Assembly: GCF_006345805.1 (NCBI RefSeq) | Contig: NC_043005.1 | Coordinates: 3,038,001 to 3,102,000 of the forward strand | Length of the DNA stretch: 64,000 bases | Direction of reading: 5' to 3' | Source of the DNA: Octopus sinensis | Taxonomy: Eukaryota | In this document: positions 38,115-51,835 of the stretch, piece by piece | Layout of the letters: the number at the start of each line of letters is the position of its first letter | Numbering within the stretch: the stretch's first letter is position 1 | Program-made: the position numbers and the translations under genes | The notes under the pieces: model-generated | What the model was told of the DNA's origin: nothing | Databases searched by the model: none | Seen by the model: the letters and a program-made list of their open reading frames with translations, nothing else

Positions 38115-39652
38115 CATTATTCAGTTTATTTCAAGATTTCTTGCCAATAGAGAAAGAACTGGTTTCTAACCTAGATCCAAGGTTCCTTCATTGGAATTTC
38201 AACTTCAACAACAGGGTATTTTTGATTGTATGTATGTATGTGTGTGTGTATGTATGTATGTATGTATGTATGTATGTATGTATGTATGTATGTATGTATG
38301 TATGTATGTATGTATGTGTATGTATGTACGTATGTATGTATGTGTGTATGTATGTACGTATGTATGTATGTGTGTATGTATGTACGTATGTATGTATGTG
38401 TGTATGTATGTACGTATGTATGTATGTATGTATGTATGTATGTATGTATGTATGTATGTATATATATGTATCTGCTGATTTGTATGTTTTATGTTTGTAT
38501 CCTCATGCATATAGTTACATACCAAGACATGCTCATATATATTAAAATGATAAACTTCTGGAATGTTTTACAGATTTTTACAGTGCCAGTGATGGACTGG
38601 ATCTGTAGTCTTCGAATTAACTTTCTCTTTTCTGGTTTTGAGAATCCTAATTTCTCAAGATTGGTATTTAAGCAGTGTTACCTATCTCAGGGCTCCAATA
38701 ATTACAGGTATAAACCTGAACCTGTAATCTGGATAGAGCAACTGCAGATTTCTCAATAGTTCAGCATAAGTGTCCTCTTTTTCACTGATCTTCAGCTTCA
38801 TGTTAACGTCTGCTGGGCAGTTAATTTCCACAACTGTACACAGTTTCTCTTCTCTATCCTGAATCATTATATCACGTCTGTTGTGCTTACATTTTATTGA
38901 GGTTTTCACTGGTATATTCCACCAGTTTTCCTTTTTATTACGAGTGGCTATGGCTTCTACCATATTGTGGGTTGTTATTTCTTTTTCCTCGGGGTTATCC
39001 TTCCGACAGATTTCATTATAGAGTGTCCTAGCTACAACATCATGTCTCATCGGTAGATAATACCGTGATGACATTTTCGGACATTTTCTTATGATGTGGG
39101 TGATATCTTCAGTGTGAACTCCACAAAGTCTGCATTGGTTGTCACATTTTACGGCTTTTCCTTTTGTGCATCAGGTACTTGTTTGATATTTCCTGTTCCA
39201 GGATTGCAAACCCTTCAAAGTGGGAGGTATTAATCCAGCTATTCGTCCATGATAAACTGTTTTGATGACCGATGTTACTATCACCACGGAGCTTTCTACT
39301 AACATATTCATGCATAGTCTTCTGCTCTTATAGTCTCATCCTTTCATCTGATGATACGTTGCGGTAGAGACGTGAGGCTTCTTTGCGCATGTATTCTAGG
39401 TTTTGAAATAATGTGGCTCCAAGTCTTATGATATTATCAGCCTCAAGTATGCAAACTTGGTCAAGGGATGCACTTTGACACTTGGTGGTTAAAAGATGTT
39501 GCCGAAGAGATATGATGCGACATTCAAAGGCATTTTGGATCGATGTTAAGCCTCTGCCACCTTGTTTTCGTTTTAGGTTGAGTCGGTCTCCGTCATTGTT
39601 TATGGGGAAATTAGGTGTGTTTGTTAGTATTTTTGGGGTTTTCGCATCAATG
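38115..39652 (-). mobile_element. R4/Dong-like LINE 3' part: post-RT region, CCHC finger, REL endonuclease and 3' UTR with (CATA)n
   Basis: RLNLKRKQGGRGL, CRLCGVHTEDITHIIRKC, RHDVVA, HNRRDIMIQDREEKLCTVVEINCP. Confidence 0.85.
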
Positions 39653-40451
39653 TATGTATGTTTGTATGTGTGTATGTATATGTAAATGTATATATGAATG
39701 TATTTATGTACGTCGGTGCGTATGCGTAAGATATGTATGTGTACTTGTGTGCACCTGTATATACTATATATTATACTATATATTTGCGCCCCCCCCCACA
39801 AACACGCACACACTGCGGACTTCTGGGAAAAGAGAGAAAGTAAGGAAAGACGGAAGAGAATAAAAGAGAGAAAGAGAGAGAATGAGAGAGTTAACTATAC
39901 AAAGGAAGGCAGAGAAAGGAAAGGCATATCACCAGGAAAAGGTTGACAAATACAAAGAAAGGGGTTTGTCAACCCCACCCCGAACCCTGGGAGGAGAATG
40001 AAAAACCGAAGTCACTTTTATAATCTGAATTTCACAGGAAAACAGATAGAATTGCTTTGCCATATAATGTTCAATATTATCGATCACAAAAAAAAAAAAA
40101 ATGAGGCAATGTGTTTTCTTGATTTATTTATTTTTTAATTTTTTATTTATCGTGAAAGTGATTATATTTAAATTTGTTTACTTCCTTCAATTGTTCAGTT
40201 GGCGGTCGGTTGTTACTTGACGATTCTGTCTGTCCATTAATATTTCGCTTTATTTTATTCCACTTTTCCATTTCCTTTTTTTTTTTTTCTGGGTTGATCG
40301 AGTTCATCTGAATCGTTTTTCACATCTCATTATTCTCCTCAGCCCAGACGGAAATAATGTTTTACACGACGAAGCCCTCAGCCAGTTGAGAAAAAAAATC
40401 TAGTGGTGGAATTAACAGACGGTTTTTGCACAGTGTGTGCGCCACTCCCCG

Positions 40452-40525
<74 letters not shown>

Positions 40526-40564
40526 GTTCAATTTAACGATGCTTTGGTCTTCATTTACAAGTTT

Positions 40565-40595
<31 letters not shown>

Positions 40596-40859
40596 CGTCC
40601 ACTCAAGACGTCTTGTACTTCTGATGTGCGGATAATTACGTGCAGTTAATTTAACTGTGTTAACGATAAATACTGAACAATAATGCTGAGTGTATTTTTG
40701 CTCATGATTGTTTCATGTTTACCAATCCATCTGACTTCAATTAACCTTACTGTCTTTTACATAACCCTGCAAAGCCCATGGATAAAGGTTTTTTTTTTGT
40801 CACGCAACGCAGATAAAAGATAAGGATGTTTTATATCTCAGTCATTTCATCTGCAGATC

Positions 40860-41190
40860 GTCGTCAAAAGTGTTCTCAACCAAGTAGCAATGGAGTCCTC
40901 GTAATGAATCGAATCACTGACGGGGTCAGCCTTTTATAACTCAGGTTTCAAAAGATTTTTGAAAAGTTTGACTGTGTCCTGTATGGTGATGTAGGGCACA
41001 GGAGGTTTGTGTGGTAGCATCTATTTTTATAGGAAAATGGTGGCAATCGGGGTAGAATAGATGGAGTAGACTTGTTAGAGAAGACTTGTTCGGGTGGAAT
41101 AGTCGTGAAAAGATGCTGTTAATGAGACAGTAAAAATGATGAGAGGAGGGTCGATGCTTGGAGAGAGACTTGCTTTTGAGATGCAGTTTT
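40860..41190 (-). mobile_element. Degenerate LINE (pre-RT region)
   Basis: Minus translation ITIQDTVKLFKNL...KADPVSDSI resembles KAxGPDxI. Confidence 0.4.
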
Positions 41191-41659
41191 TACATTGTTA
41201 TATAAGTTCGCCGTGAAAGCGCGTGATTTAATGGTTAGGCTAATAGACTCACGATCGTAAGGTTGTGAGTTCGATACCTAGGAGGTACGTTGTGTCCTTG
41301 AGCAAGACACTTTATTTCTCGTTGCTCCAGTCCATTCAGCTGGCAAAAACGAATTATACCCGTGTTTCAAAGGGGCCAGTTTTGTCACATTCTGTGTGCC
41401 ACGCTGAATCTTCCTGAGAACTACGTTAAGGGAACACGTGCCTGTGGAGTACTCAGCCACTTTCACGTTAATTTCACGAGCAGGCTGTCCTGCTGATCGT
41501 GTCAAATGGAAGACTCGTCGTCGTAACCGACCGAGTACCTGTTATATAAGTTCGCTATGAATTATCATCATTTTAGCGACTCTGAGGATTTTACCTGTGT
41601 ATCGTCCATGAAAATGCGGAGGAGAGCGAAGTATTTCTATATAATTATGTGTAGCGATA

Positions 41660-42350
41660 AGGGAGCGAGCTGGGTAGAATCGTTTGCGCGTCGGTCAAAA
41701 TGCTTAGCGGCATTTCGTTCGTCTTTAAGTTCAAAGTTCAAATTCCGCCGAGGTTGACTTTGCCTCTCATCCTTCCGGGGTCGATAAAATAAGTAGCAGT
41801 TGAGCACTGGGGGTCAATGTAATCGACTTAAGTCCTCCCCCGGAAATTACCGATCTTGTGCCGAAATTAGAACCCAACCCAAAGAAGGAAAAGTAAAAGA
41901 GACAGAAAGGAAAGATTCAGGTTGGCAAGATTTAAGGGATGGAGAAAGACCTGTCATAACAAAGTGTAATGGTGCAGTCTCTAGGAAGCACCCGACGCAC
42001 GAGATGAGAAATGAACGGTGACGTGAGAATAGAGAGCAAATGGAACTCAGAGATTCTAATGGCAGACAGAGTTGAAACGTTTGTTGATGTCGTCAACGGC
42101 TGCAACATGGCTTTCGTTGAAATTATGGTATGTCAAGGCGGCGAGCTGGCAGAAATATTAGCACACCGGGCGAAATGCTCAGCGGTATTTCGTCAGCCGC
42201 TACATTCTGAGTTCAAATTTCGCCGAGGTTGACTTTGCCTTTCATCCTTTCGATGTCGATAAATTAATTACCAGTTGCGTACTGGGGTCGATCTAATCGA
42301 CTGGCCCCTCTCCTCCCAAATTTCGAGCCTTGTGCCTAGAGTAGAAAAGG
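41660..42350 (+). mobile_element. Two Nin/Deu-like SINE copies (about 41660-41880 and 42135-42350)
   Basis: TTCAAATT.CGCCGAGGTTGACTTTGCCT.TCATCCTT.CG..GTCGATAAA core in both. Confidence 0.8.
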
Positions 42351-42827
42351 AAATTGTGGTGTGTGACGTACAACGGAAGTGAGGAAAAAAACAATACCTT
42401 GCAACATTTTTTCTACATTAATCCCGCTGAGTTCAATTTTGTTTTTCATTAGAATATAACATCAGTCAAGTACTGAGATCCCCACCCCTGGCCCCTTGAG
42501 CCTCGGAAACCGTTATTATGACAACAATATCGCTGCTGTTTTATATGTTTTTATAAAACACAAAACAGATTTTGCTGAGAAAGAAGAATTATGGTAAAGG
42601 AGAGAATTGAGTTTTGCATCATGGCCAGTTTTTCCCGATTTGTATGAAAGTATGTATGTATGTACGCATGTGTGTATGCAGGTATGTACGTATGTACGTG
42701 TGTGTGTATGCAGGTATGTACGTATGTACGTGTGTGTGTATTGTCGTGTGTATGTGTATGATGTATGTACGTATGTACAAGTGTGTATGTATGTATGTAT
42801 GTAGGTAGTGTTTGTGTATGTATGTAC

Positions 42828-42863
<36 letters not shown>

Positions 42864-44114
42864 ATGTATGTGTGTGTGTGTTGTGTGTATGTATGTACGT
42901 GTGTGTATGTATCTATGTGTGCGTGTATGTATGTATATATGTATGTATGTATGTATGTATGTACGTGTGTGTGTGTGTGTATGTATGTATGCATGTGTGT
43001 ATGTATATACGTGTGTGTATGTATGCATATATGTATACCTATTTTCGGCATCTGTGCTATTTCTGCAGTCTTCTCTACGTTTTACTTCAGATTTCATTTT
43101 GATTTCTTCAGATAGTTTGTTTTATTTCTTCCGAATTCTTTATCTTCCACAGTCACTATTTGCATTTATTTAGAATTTCTACCTCTTTGTGCGTCGTTGT
43201 TTTCTGTCAAAATGGCCGTCTATATTTGTCACAACAGCAGCTAACGTAATCTCTGTTTAGTTTCTCAATGTTTTTTTCATTATGCTTTCAGGCATCTTTA
43301 AATGTCGTATTTTATATTTCTTGTTTTAGAAATATTATCTCACCATGTTTTTCTCAGCACCAGTTGTTTTTAATAATATTTCTTTTTCTACATTAAGCAG
43401 AACAGTGGCTAACATTCGCAGCCTGACATTTCGATAATTTTGTTATTCTCTTATATTTTGTCATGTTTGTTCACTTTTGAGCTGTTTTTCTTCAATAAAG
43501 AACTCTTCCGTCAGTTCTAAACTGAATAAAAATGTTTGTATCTACACTCACCGATTGTGCGTATATATATTAAAAAAATGTCTGTTTCTTCGTTTTTTGT
43601 ATTTGGTTTGCGAGGTTCTTGATGTGAAATCGTATGTTGAAACAAATCTTGTTCTGTCTTGGTAGGGTCATTACGCCAATAATAATAACACACGCACTGG
43701 TTCAGTATCACTTCTTTGTTGTTAGTCAATTGGTCAGATATTTAACCAATTGACTAACAATAACGAAGTGAAATTAAACGAGTGCGTGTGTTATCATTAT
43801 TGGCGTAATGACCCTCCCAGGACACAACAAGATTTTTTTGTTTCTTGCTTTCTAAGTAGGAATAGGCACCCTAATAATGGTTTCTAGTTGAGGTAGGAGG
43901 CCTGCAATTTTGAGGGGAGGGGTTTCGTAAAGAAAGTTGATGATTACTTGTGCATTTCTGATGAGAGGCTTAAAAATGTTTTGAAGTTAAACATTCATAA
44001 AACAATTATATAATAATTATATGATAATATATAATAATATGTAATGATATTCAATAATATATATATATAGAAATAATACATAACATATATAATATACAGA
44101 AATAATAGATAATA

Positions 44115-44510
44115 GGCGTAGGAGTGGCTGTGTAGTAAGTAGCTTGCTTCCCAACCACATGGTTCCGGGTTCAGTCCCAATGCGTGGCACCTTGGGCAAG
44201 TGTCTTTCTACCATAGTCTCGGGCTGACCAAAGCCTTGTGAGTGGATTTGGTAGACGGAAACTGAAAGAAGCCCGTCGTGTATATGTATATATATGTGTG
44301 TTTGTGTGTCTCTGTTTGTTCCCCAACATCGCTTGACAACCGATGCTGGTGTGTTTACGTCCCCGTAACTTAGCGGTTCGGCAAAAGAGACCGATAGAAT
44401 AAACACTAGGCTTACAAAGAATAAATCCTGGGGTCGATTTGTTCGACTAAAGACGGTGCTCCAGCATGGCCAAAGTCACATGACTGAAACAAGTAAAAGA
44501 GTAAAAGAGT
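44115..44510 (+). mobile_element. Full-length tRNA-derived SINE (family of 18208-18617)
   Basis: Colinear with 18208-18617 from head to the GTAAAAGA tail. Confidence 0.85.
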
Positions 44511-44639
44511 AATAATATATAGAAATAATTAGTCTCAAGATGCATGTCACTGATGCTTTGAGGTGCATCATCAGTAACGTTTCTAGGATCTTACATGGTT
44601 TCGGATCTTTTAACATCAAACTTCTTCGTCCAACTTATT

Positions 44640-44935
44640 CAGCCAGTTGATCAACTCCCAGTAGCAGCAAACCATTAATCTGCTTTCTTTGTCCAAAGCC
44701 ACCGCTTGGCTTTCTCTGCAGCTTCGATTTGTATAGACATACTCTTTGCTGTACTAGAATCTCCAAGTTCAATCAAGGCTTTGCAAAGTAAACAGCCCAC
44801 AATACCCTTTCAGCCCATTTCAGTACACCTCGATTCGTGCCCTCCCATCTTCGTTTCTACACTGCTCTACCAGCTCCTGGTTTTTGGTAAATTTTCTCTG
44901 ATGAACTTCTCCCGTGTGTTCTTCCCAGGGCACAT
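44640..44935 (-). mobile_element. HERO/NeSL-like REL-endonuclease LINE C-terminal remnant
   Basis: PWEEHTGEVHQRKFTKNQELVEQCR...ARIEV..GxKG, then AAEKAKRWLWTK in a shifted frame. Confidence 0.65.
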
Positions 44936-45868
44936 AGAAAAAATAGAAATAAAATTTTTCTCGAATCAAACCCTACTGTCGTCCAAAAGAGAAGGTCACA
45001 TTGACAAGTGTAGTCTTAGATATATAATGCCCGAAGAAACAAAACAAAAGTAAGACGAACTGGCTCTGGGGTTGGTTTAATGAATGTCAACAACAAACAT
45101 AAAATTTAAATTCCTCAGTTTATCATTTAATTTAATTCTAGTTTCCCTTTACATAAGAGATCAGACCTTTTATATAAAGGGCCAAACCTATTTCTTACTA
45201 AGTGTCGAAGCTCGTGGGTCTTTCAAGGACTGATTGTGCGGGCCAGTTTCTTGATGTGAAGTATATGAGACAGAACCTCTGAGAGAAATTTGGTCTGGAA
45301 GAACCAAACTACTTTCAGGCCAAGAATGGAGTAAGGTTCCTCTTAAGAGTATTAAGATTTTGGAGGGGAGGGTGTACACCAGCTGATTGTCATGGCTCTC
45401 TTTATGACACTCTGATCTTCAGACCAACGTGCGACTGAATAGCCGGTCCCTCTCTCATTGGCCCTGCTGTGAGACGGATAGTTCCTATGACTGTTGGAAC
45501 TATTCTCCATAGTGAGGCGGATATAATGAAGGGTAGCGTACAAATAATAAGGACATCTTTGCGCTGGGGACATCAACGAAGTCTTGAAGATGGTGGTCCG
45601 ATACCGTACACTCTAGACCATTCTGGTTCTGAGACAGCACCGTCATAGAAGAACAAACCGATAAGAGTAGGAGCAAAAAAGCAAAAAGCACTGGCATCGT
45701 CACTAACAATATCATCATCATCATCATCCGCAGCAGCTCTGCTACCACCATCACCACCGTTCACAGCCATCAATAATTCACCTATAACTCCAAAAATCAA
45801 AAACAACAACAGTTACAAGAACAATAACTACCGCCATCGCCACCCCAACAACAACAAAGCAGACAGCA

Positions 45869-45905
<37 letters not shown>

Positions 45906-45926
45906 ACACAGACACACAGACACACA

Positions 45927-45964
<38 letters not shown>

Positions 45965-48918
45965 ACACACACAGAGACAGAGAAGAAATCCGAAACATAT
46001 TCAAAGAATTCCGTGAACAAGTAACATATTTAGGTCAGGCAGTTCTAGATTCTTATTTCATCAATAAAATCTCAACAGTTAATGTTTTTTTTTTTTGTTA
46101 AAGAAGAAATAAAAGAAATAACAGAACCGAATTAAACAATCGTCTGATTCACTGAAATTGGTTTCGCTTGCTTTGCAGTACGACAAATATGGAGGAGCGA
46201 AGCAAAGTGAGTTTTAAAAGTACATACATTGAAGGGAGGGGGTGAAAGAGAGAGAAGGGCAAAGAGAGTGAGAGAGAGTGAGAGAGAGAGAGGTGGCACT
46301 GAGTGAGGGGAAGAGGAAGTTGGAGTGAAAGGGAGAAACGGGCTGAGAGAGAGAGAGAGAGAGAGAGAGGAAGAAGAGAGAGAGAGAGAGAGAGAGCGAA
46401 AGGAAGAACAGCAAGAGAGAGGGAAAGAGACGAAGGAGTCGTATGAGAAGGGAAATAAATATAGGAGTCGATAGGGAGTTGGTATAAATAAGGGGAGAAG
46501 AAAAAGGAATAGAAACGAATTGAGGGCAAAGAAATTGAGGGGAAGAGAGTAGGAGATGATGTTAGAAGAAAGAAAAAACGAGGGAGATGGAATCTTAGAG
46601 AATGATAAAGAAAGGCACAAGAAATAGAAGAAAGAGAGAGAGAGAGAAAGAAAGAGAAAGAGAGAGAGAGAGAAAGAAAGAGAAAGAGAGAGAGAGAGAG
46701 AGAGAGATAATGAAAGGGATAAGCTTCGATACAAAAAGAAGAGCAGACGATATTCAAGTGAATGGAATTTCTGATCTGAGGAGGTTAAATAAGATAGAAA
46801 CGTATCTGTTGCCTTAAAACACCGGATCAGTGCCTATACTTCATTTTATATATGTTTCAAAACTTTTAAGAGATTTTATTAGATTTATCTCGTTTGGTTC
46901 TTTTTAGAATTTAAACAATTCTGGAGGGATTTTTTTGGCTAGAAATTGTTAAAATAATCCCAGTTAATCAAGGTTTTTCGATTCAGGGTATATGCACTGT
47001 TCAGAGAGAGAGAGAGAGAAAGAAAAAAAGGAATAACACTTTTAATGAAATGGAAAAGAGAGAGGAAATAGAGAGAGAGTGAGAGGAGAGAGCATGGTAC
47101 TTATTCTATCGGTCTGTCTTACCGAACCACTAATGTATGGGGATGTAAACACACCAACACCGGTTGTCAAGCGACGGTGGGGAACAAACACATACACACA
47201 CATGCATACGCGCACACACACATACACATATACGCACGCACGCACGCGCACACACGCGCTTGGCCAAACACTATTCGTAGGCGAGGCTGAGCCTTCATCT
47301 CATAATCCAGCCGTTATCCAACACCTCCAGAAGTCTGTTGTACTATTTCCAGAAGTCTCTAATCTTTAACTTTATTTTCCCCAGGAACACAATGCGATTC
47401 TCGGTCTGAGGTTCGAACTGGTGTTCACTAGATCGTGAGTACAACACCAAAACAACTAGGCCATGTGCCTTCATATATAAAAAAAGACTCCGCCGGTTAC
47501 GACGACGAGGGTCCCAGCTGATACGATCAACGGAACAGCTTGCTCGTGAAATTAACGTGCAAATGGCTGAGCATTCCACAGACACGTGTACCCTTAACGT
47601 AGTTCTCGGGGATAATCAGCGTGACACAGAGAGTGACAAGGCTGACCCTTTGAAATACAAGTACAACTCATTTTTGCCAGCTGAGTGGACTGGAGCAACG
47701 TGAAATAAAGTGTCTTGCTCAAGGACACAACGCGTCGCCGGGAATCGAACTCACAACCTTACGATCATGAGCCGAATGCCCTAACCACTAAGCCACGCGC
47801 CCTCACTACCTTCATATATATATATGCACACACACACATACACACGCGCACACACACGCACATACACACACACAAATATATATATTACACACACGCACAT
47901 ACACACACACAAATATATATATTACACACACGCACATACACACACACAAATATATATATTACACACACGCACGCACACGTACACGCACATACACACGCAC
48001 ACACACGTACACACACACACACACATATGGGCCTTGAGTTTGGGTGTTTGTACAACTGACATTTAATTTCAAACGGCTTTAAGTTAATTATAAAAATGTC
48101 CTCATTCCGATGATTAATGACACTGACGCTTGCTGCCATAAATTGACAATTTCATTAAGAACTAATTTCTTGATTCTAACTTTAAACTTATTCCTGATGA
48201 GAAATCGAGCCAATAGATTAAATTGGTAGCAATTTTTTTCCCCAATGTCAAACTTGTGGAACATAAAAGTATGAGAAGTGCTTCTTTGCCCGCCTTAATC
48301 GTTCACAATATTCTCGACGTCATTGTCTTTGCTTTAAGCAACGAAAGCTCGCTTTCCATTGAAGATAATCTCCGGTTTCTCTGGATGGGATGAGGGCAGC
48401 TCATCTGGGTGAGAGGTTGATCAGAAAGTCAGCAAATCTAGTGAGATCTGATACAGGTTTGAATTTATTTTGAAGTGATATTGATTCTGGTGATCAATAC
48501 ACGGCAATATTCATTATTTGTTGACGGTATTAATCTGTAAACAAAAGCCTGGAATAAAAGAAAGATCGCCTGTTTCATGATTGCTTTTATCCATTACAAG
48601 CAAGGACACTGTGTTTCGTTTTGAAACCATAGTATATCATCAAAGGTTTATAAGTCAATGATGTGTTCTAGTTTTGTGCTAGCAGAACATCGCACTGTTA
48701 ACACAAAAGTAAGGTACAATATTGACTTGTAAACATTTACTATATTTGGTAGTGTATTATGGTGGCAAAACAAAATATGGTGTCCTTGCTAGCAATTAAT
48801 ATTTGTGTTCCAGCTGCCAGGAAAGTATTTAATATGTAAATTGGTCTATCCAGTAGTGGTACACCGCTAAATTTAGTGGCTGTTTAAACAATGCATTCGT
48901 GGATAGTTGATGCGTTGT

Positions 48919-48979
48919 ATGTAGTGCTGATGAAAGAGCAATAACTCTTGAAATATGTATATACGCATATTACCTATAT
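48919..48979 (+). ncRNA. Type I hammerhead ribozyme motif with canonical core
   Basis: CTGATGA 48927-33; stem II AAGAG/CTCTT; GAAA 48950-53; stem III ATATG/CATAT; stem I ATGTAG/CTATAT with 2 mismatches next to the core. Confidence 0.62.
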
Positions 48980-49003
48980 TTTGTAACTTATTTGCTTTAT
49001 TCG

Positions 49004-49575
49004 TCAAGTACCAACAAAAGCAGCAAAGCATTCAAAGTAGAGGCCATCATGTTGCACCATCTGAAGCCTCCTTTCTGCCATTTCTTTGATCTCACGCTGA
49101 TGCCAGCTCTTGTCCTTCGAGGCGAAGAATTCTTTCACTGAAGCTTCTACCTCCATTGATTGATGAAGCGTCACGAGTGAGTCATGGATCGGAACAAGTA
49201 ATAATCCGAGGGAAATATTTTCCCGCAATCCTAACATGCATAAACAGAGGCTAAACAAGTGCAAGCGTCTGGAATCTATCGCCAAACATGGGCGTTTCGA
49301 AAACAAGGTGAAGCTCTGCAATTGGTGAAATTATGAGAGGATAATTCCCTACGATTCTATTCTGGATAGTTGAATCATCGATAGCCTCATGTACTTCGAG
49401 CAACTGGCATGGTTGTATGCCATTGTGAGGCAAAAATACCTGGCATTGGTTAACAGAAAGCGAGCTCTTCTACAGCAAAACAATGTAAGACCTCATACCA
49501 TCCGAACGACCAGGAATAAACTCCAGGAGTTTGAGGAAATGGGACTGATGCCACTCTCAGCATTGAGTCCGGACC
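49004..49575. mobile_element. Mariner remnant with segments in opposite orientation
   Basis: Minus EASVKEFFASKDKSW..EIKEMAERRLQMVQHDGLYFE* and plus [11 protein letters not shown]...SPDL. Confidence 0.72.
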
Positions 49576-49625
49576 TATACATACATACATACATACATAC
49601 ATACATACATACATACATACATACA

Positions 49626-49657
<32 letters not shown>

Positions 49658-49866
49658 CTCAATTTTGGGGGATGAATCGATATGCAGGTATTCTATTTCA
49701 GATAATACAAAAACATCCTAATGACTATATCTGACAGTAAACTCATGGTATCAGTTTGCACATCATGAAATAATACTTAAAGGATATAGCCAAAATTACC
49801 AGCAGGGTATATAATGTACTTCATTAATTATATCATACTTTAGTTAATACTTATATTTATTAAATA

Positions 49867-50008
49867 TGAAGGAACTACACGTGTTTCAGTATTGGAAGAT
49901 TACAATACATATACACAACTGTATACCCATATATATAAACATATATGAATACAGATATGCAATCGTCAGATTTACAATTATTCCAACACATCTTCAGGTT
50001 CTATTTCA
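49867..50008 (-). ncRNA. Type I hammerhead ribozyme motif with intact core and an 83-nt stem II loop
   Basis: Minus strand GAAC-CTGAAGA-TGTGTTGGAA...TTCCAATACT-GAA-ACACGTGT-A-GTTC. Confidence 0.65.
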
Positions 50009-50189
50009 AAATATTGTATATCTAATTTTACATCCCTTTAAAAATAAGCAATACAATTAAGCATTAAAGATTAAAAATTACGAATTAAAAATTAAGAATA
50101 AAAAGTATACTTTGTAATATCAAGAATAAAAATTTACAAATTATGCAACACACACATATATATATAATATATACATACACATACATATG

Positions 50190-50269
<80 letters not shown>

Positions 50270-50525
50270 TAAATGAAAGAATGGAGTCGAACGAAGATGT
50301 TAACAAAATTCCTTTACTCTCGACACATGTTTCGAAGACAGCATGCTTTCATTCCAAAGGAATATAAGTAGGTGAATGAATTATCCTATGTTTTCCTATG
50401 TTTTATTAGATGCATATGTACCCTTATTCTTTTGGAATGAAAACATGGTGTCTCGAAACATGTGTCTAGAGTAAAGAATTTTATTAACATCTTCGTACGA
50501 CTCCATTCTTTCATTATTCATATAT

Positions 50526-50564
<39 letters not shown>

Positions 50565-51104
50565 CTATATATATATATATATAATATATATATTAATATA
50601 TATATATATATATATATATGCATATGTATGTGTATGTGTATATTATTATATATAGTGTGTGTGTTAAATTTGTAAATTTTTTCTTGATATTACAAAGTAT
50701 ACTTTTTATTCTTAATTTTTAATTCGTATTTTAATTTTAATGATTAATTGTATTGCTTATTTTTAAAGGGATGTAAAATTAGATATACAATATTTTGAAA
50801 TAGAACCTGAGATGTGTTGGAATAATTGTAAATCTGACGATTGATATCTGTATTCATATATGTTTATATATATGGGTATACAGTTGTGTATATGTATTGT
50901 AATCTTCCAATACTGAAACACGTGTAGTTCCTTCATATTTAATAAATATAAGTATTACTAAGTATGATATAATTAATGAAGTACATTATTACCCTGCTGG
51001 TAATTTTGGCTATATCCTTTAAGTATTATTTCAGGATGTGCAAACTGATACCATGAGTTTACAGTCAGATATAGTCATTAGGATGTTTTTGTATTATATA
51101 TATT

Positions 51105-51142
<38 letters not shown>

Positions 51143-51380
51143 AATTGAAGAAAAGAAATGGAGTTGAACGAAGATTGAACAGAAATCCTTTTATTGCATT
51201 CTACACGTGTTCGAAAGCCACAATTTACCAAATTCCGATTGAATAAGGAGACCATATTGTGTCTTCTAAACCATATGGTTGTACCTCCAACCGTGCTTTC
51301 TTCTGCTGTGATTTTGCTACCAAGGTATCGGTTAAACTTTTGATTAATCTGCAACAAGATTATTCATCTTTCTATTTCAC

Positions 51381-51425
<45 letters not shown>

Positions 51426-51433
51426 ATATATAT

Positions 51434-51490
<57 letters not shown>

Positions 51491-51529
51491 CATACAAATA
51501 TATATATTTATGTATTTACATATCATCAC

Positions 51530-51835
51530 CATCAAAATACAGGACCAGATACTGCAACAGCTTGGGTTTCAGAAGACCACAGCTCTTCAATATCCTTCCT
51601 AAATGCCTGAAAGACCTGCATGGTGTGGATGTGGGTTTCTTTAAAATCAAGCTAGATCTCTTCTTGTCAGGGGTTCCAGATGAACCTACCTCTCGGCAGG
51701 AAACACTGTTGCGGGCAGCGGCGTCGAACTCTCTTGTTGACCAAGAGCCACGTATCAGAGGTAGTTTCACATACTAGTGTAGCTCTTTCAACGGTGGTGC
51801 CCCAGCATGGACACAGCTTTCGGGCTGAAACATTT
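51530..51835 (+). mobile_element. CR1-like LINE 3' end (family of 12655-13260)
   Basis: LGFRRPQLFNILPKCLKDLHGVDV..KLDLFLSGVPDEPTSRQE; same tail hairpin. Confidence 0.85.
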
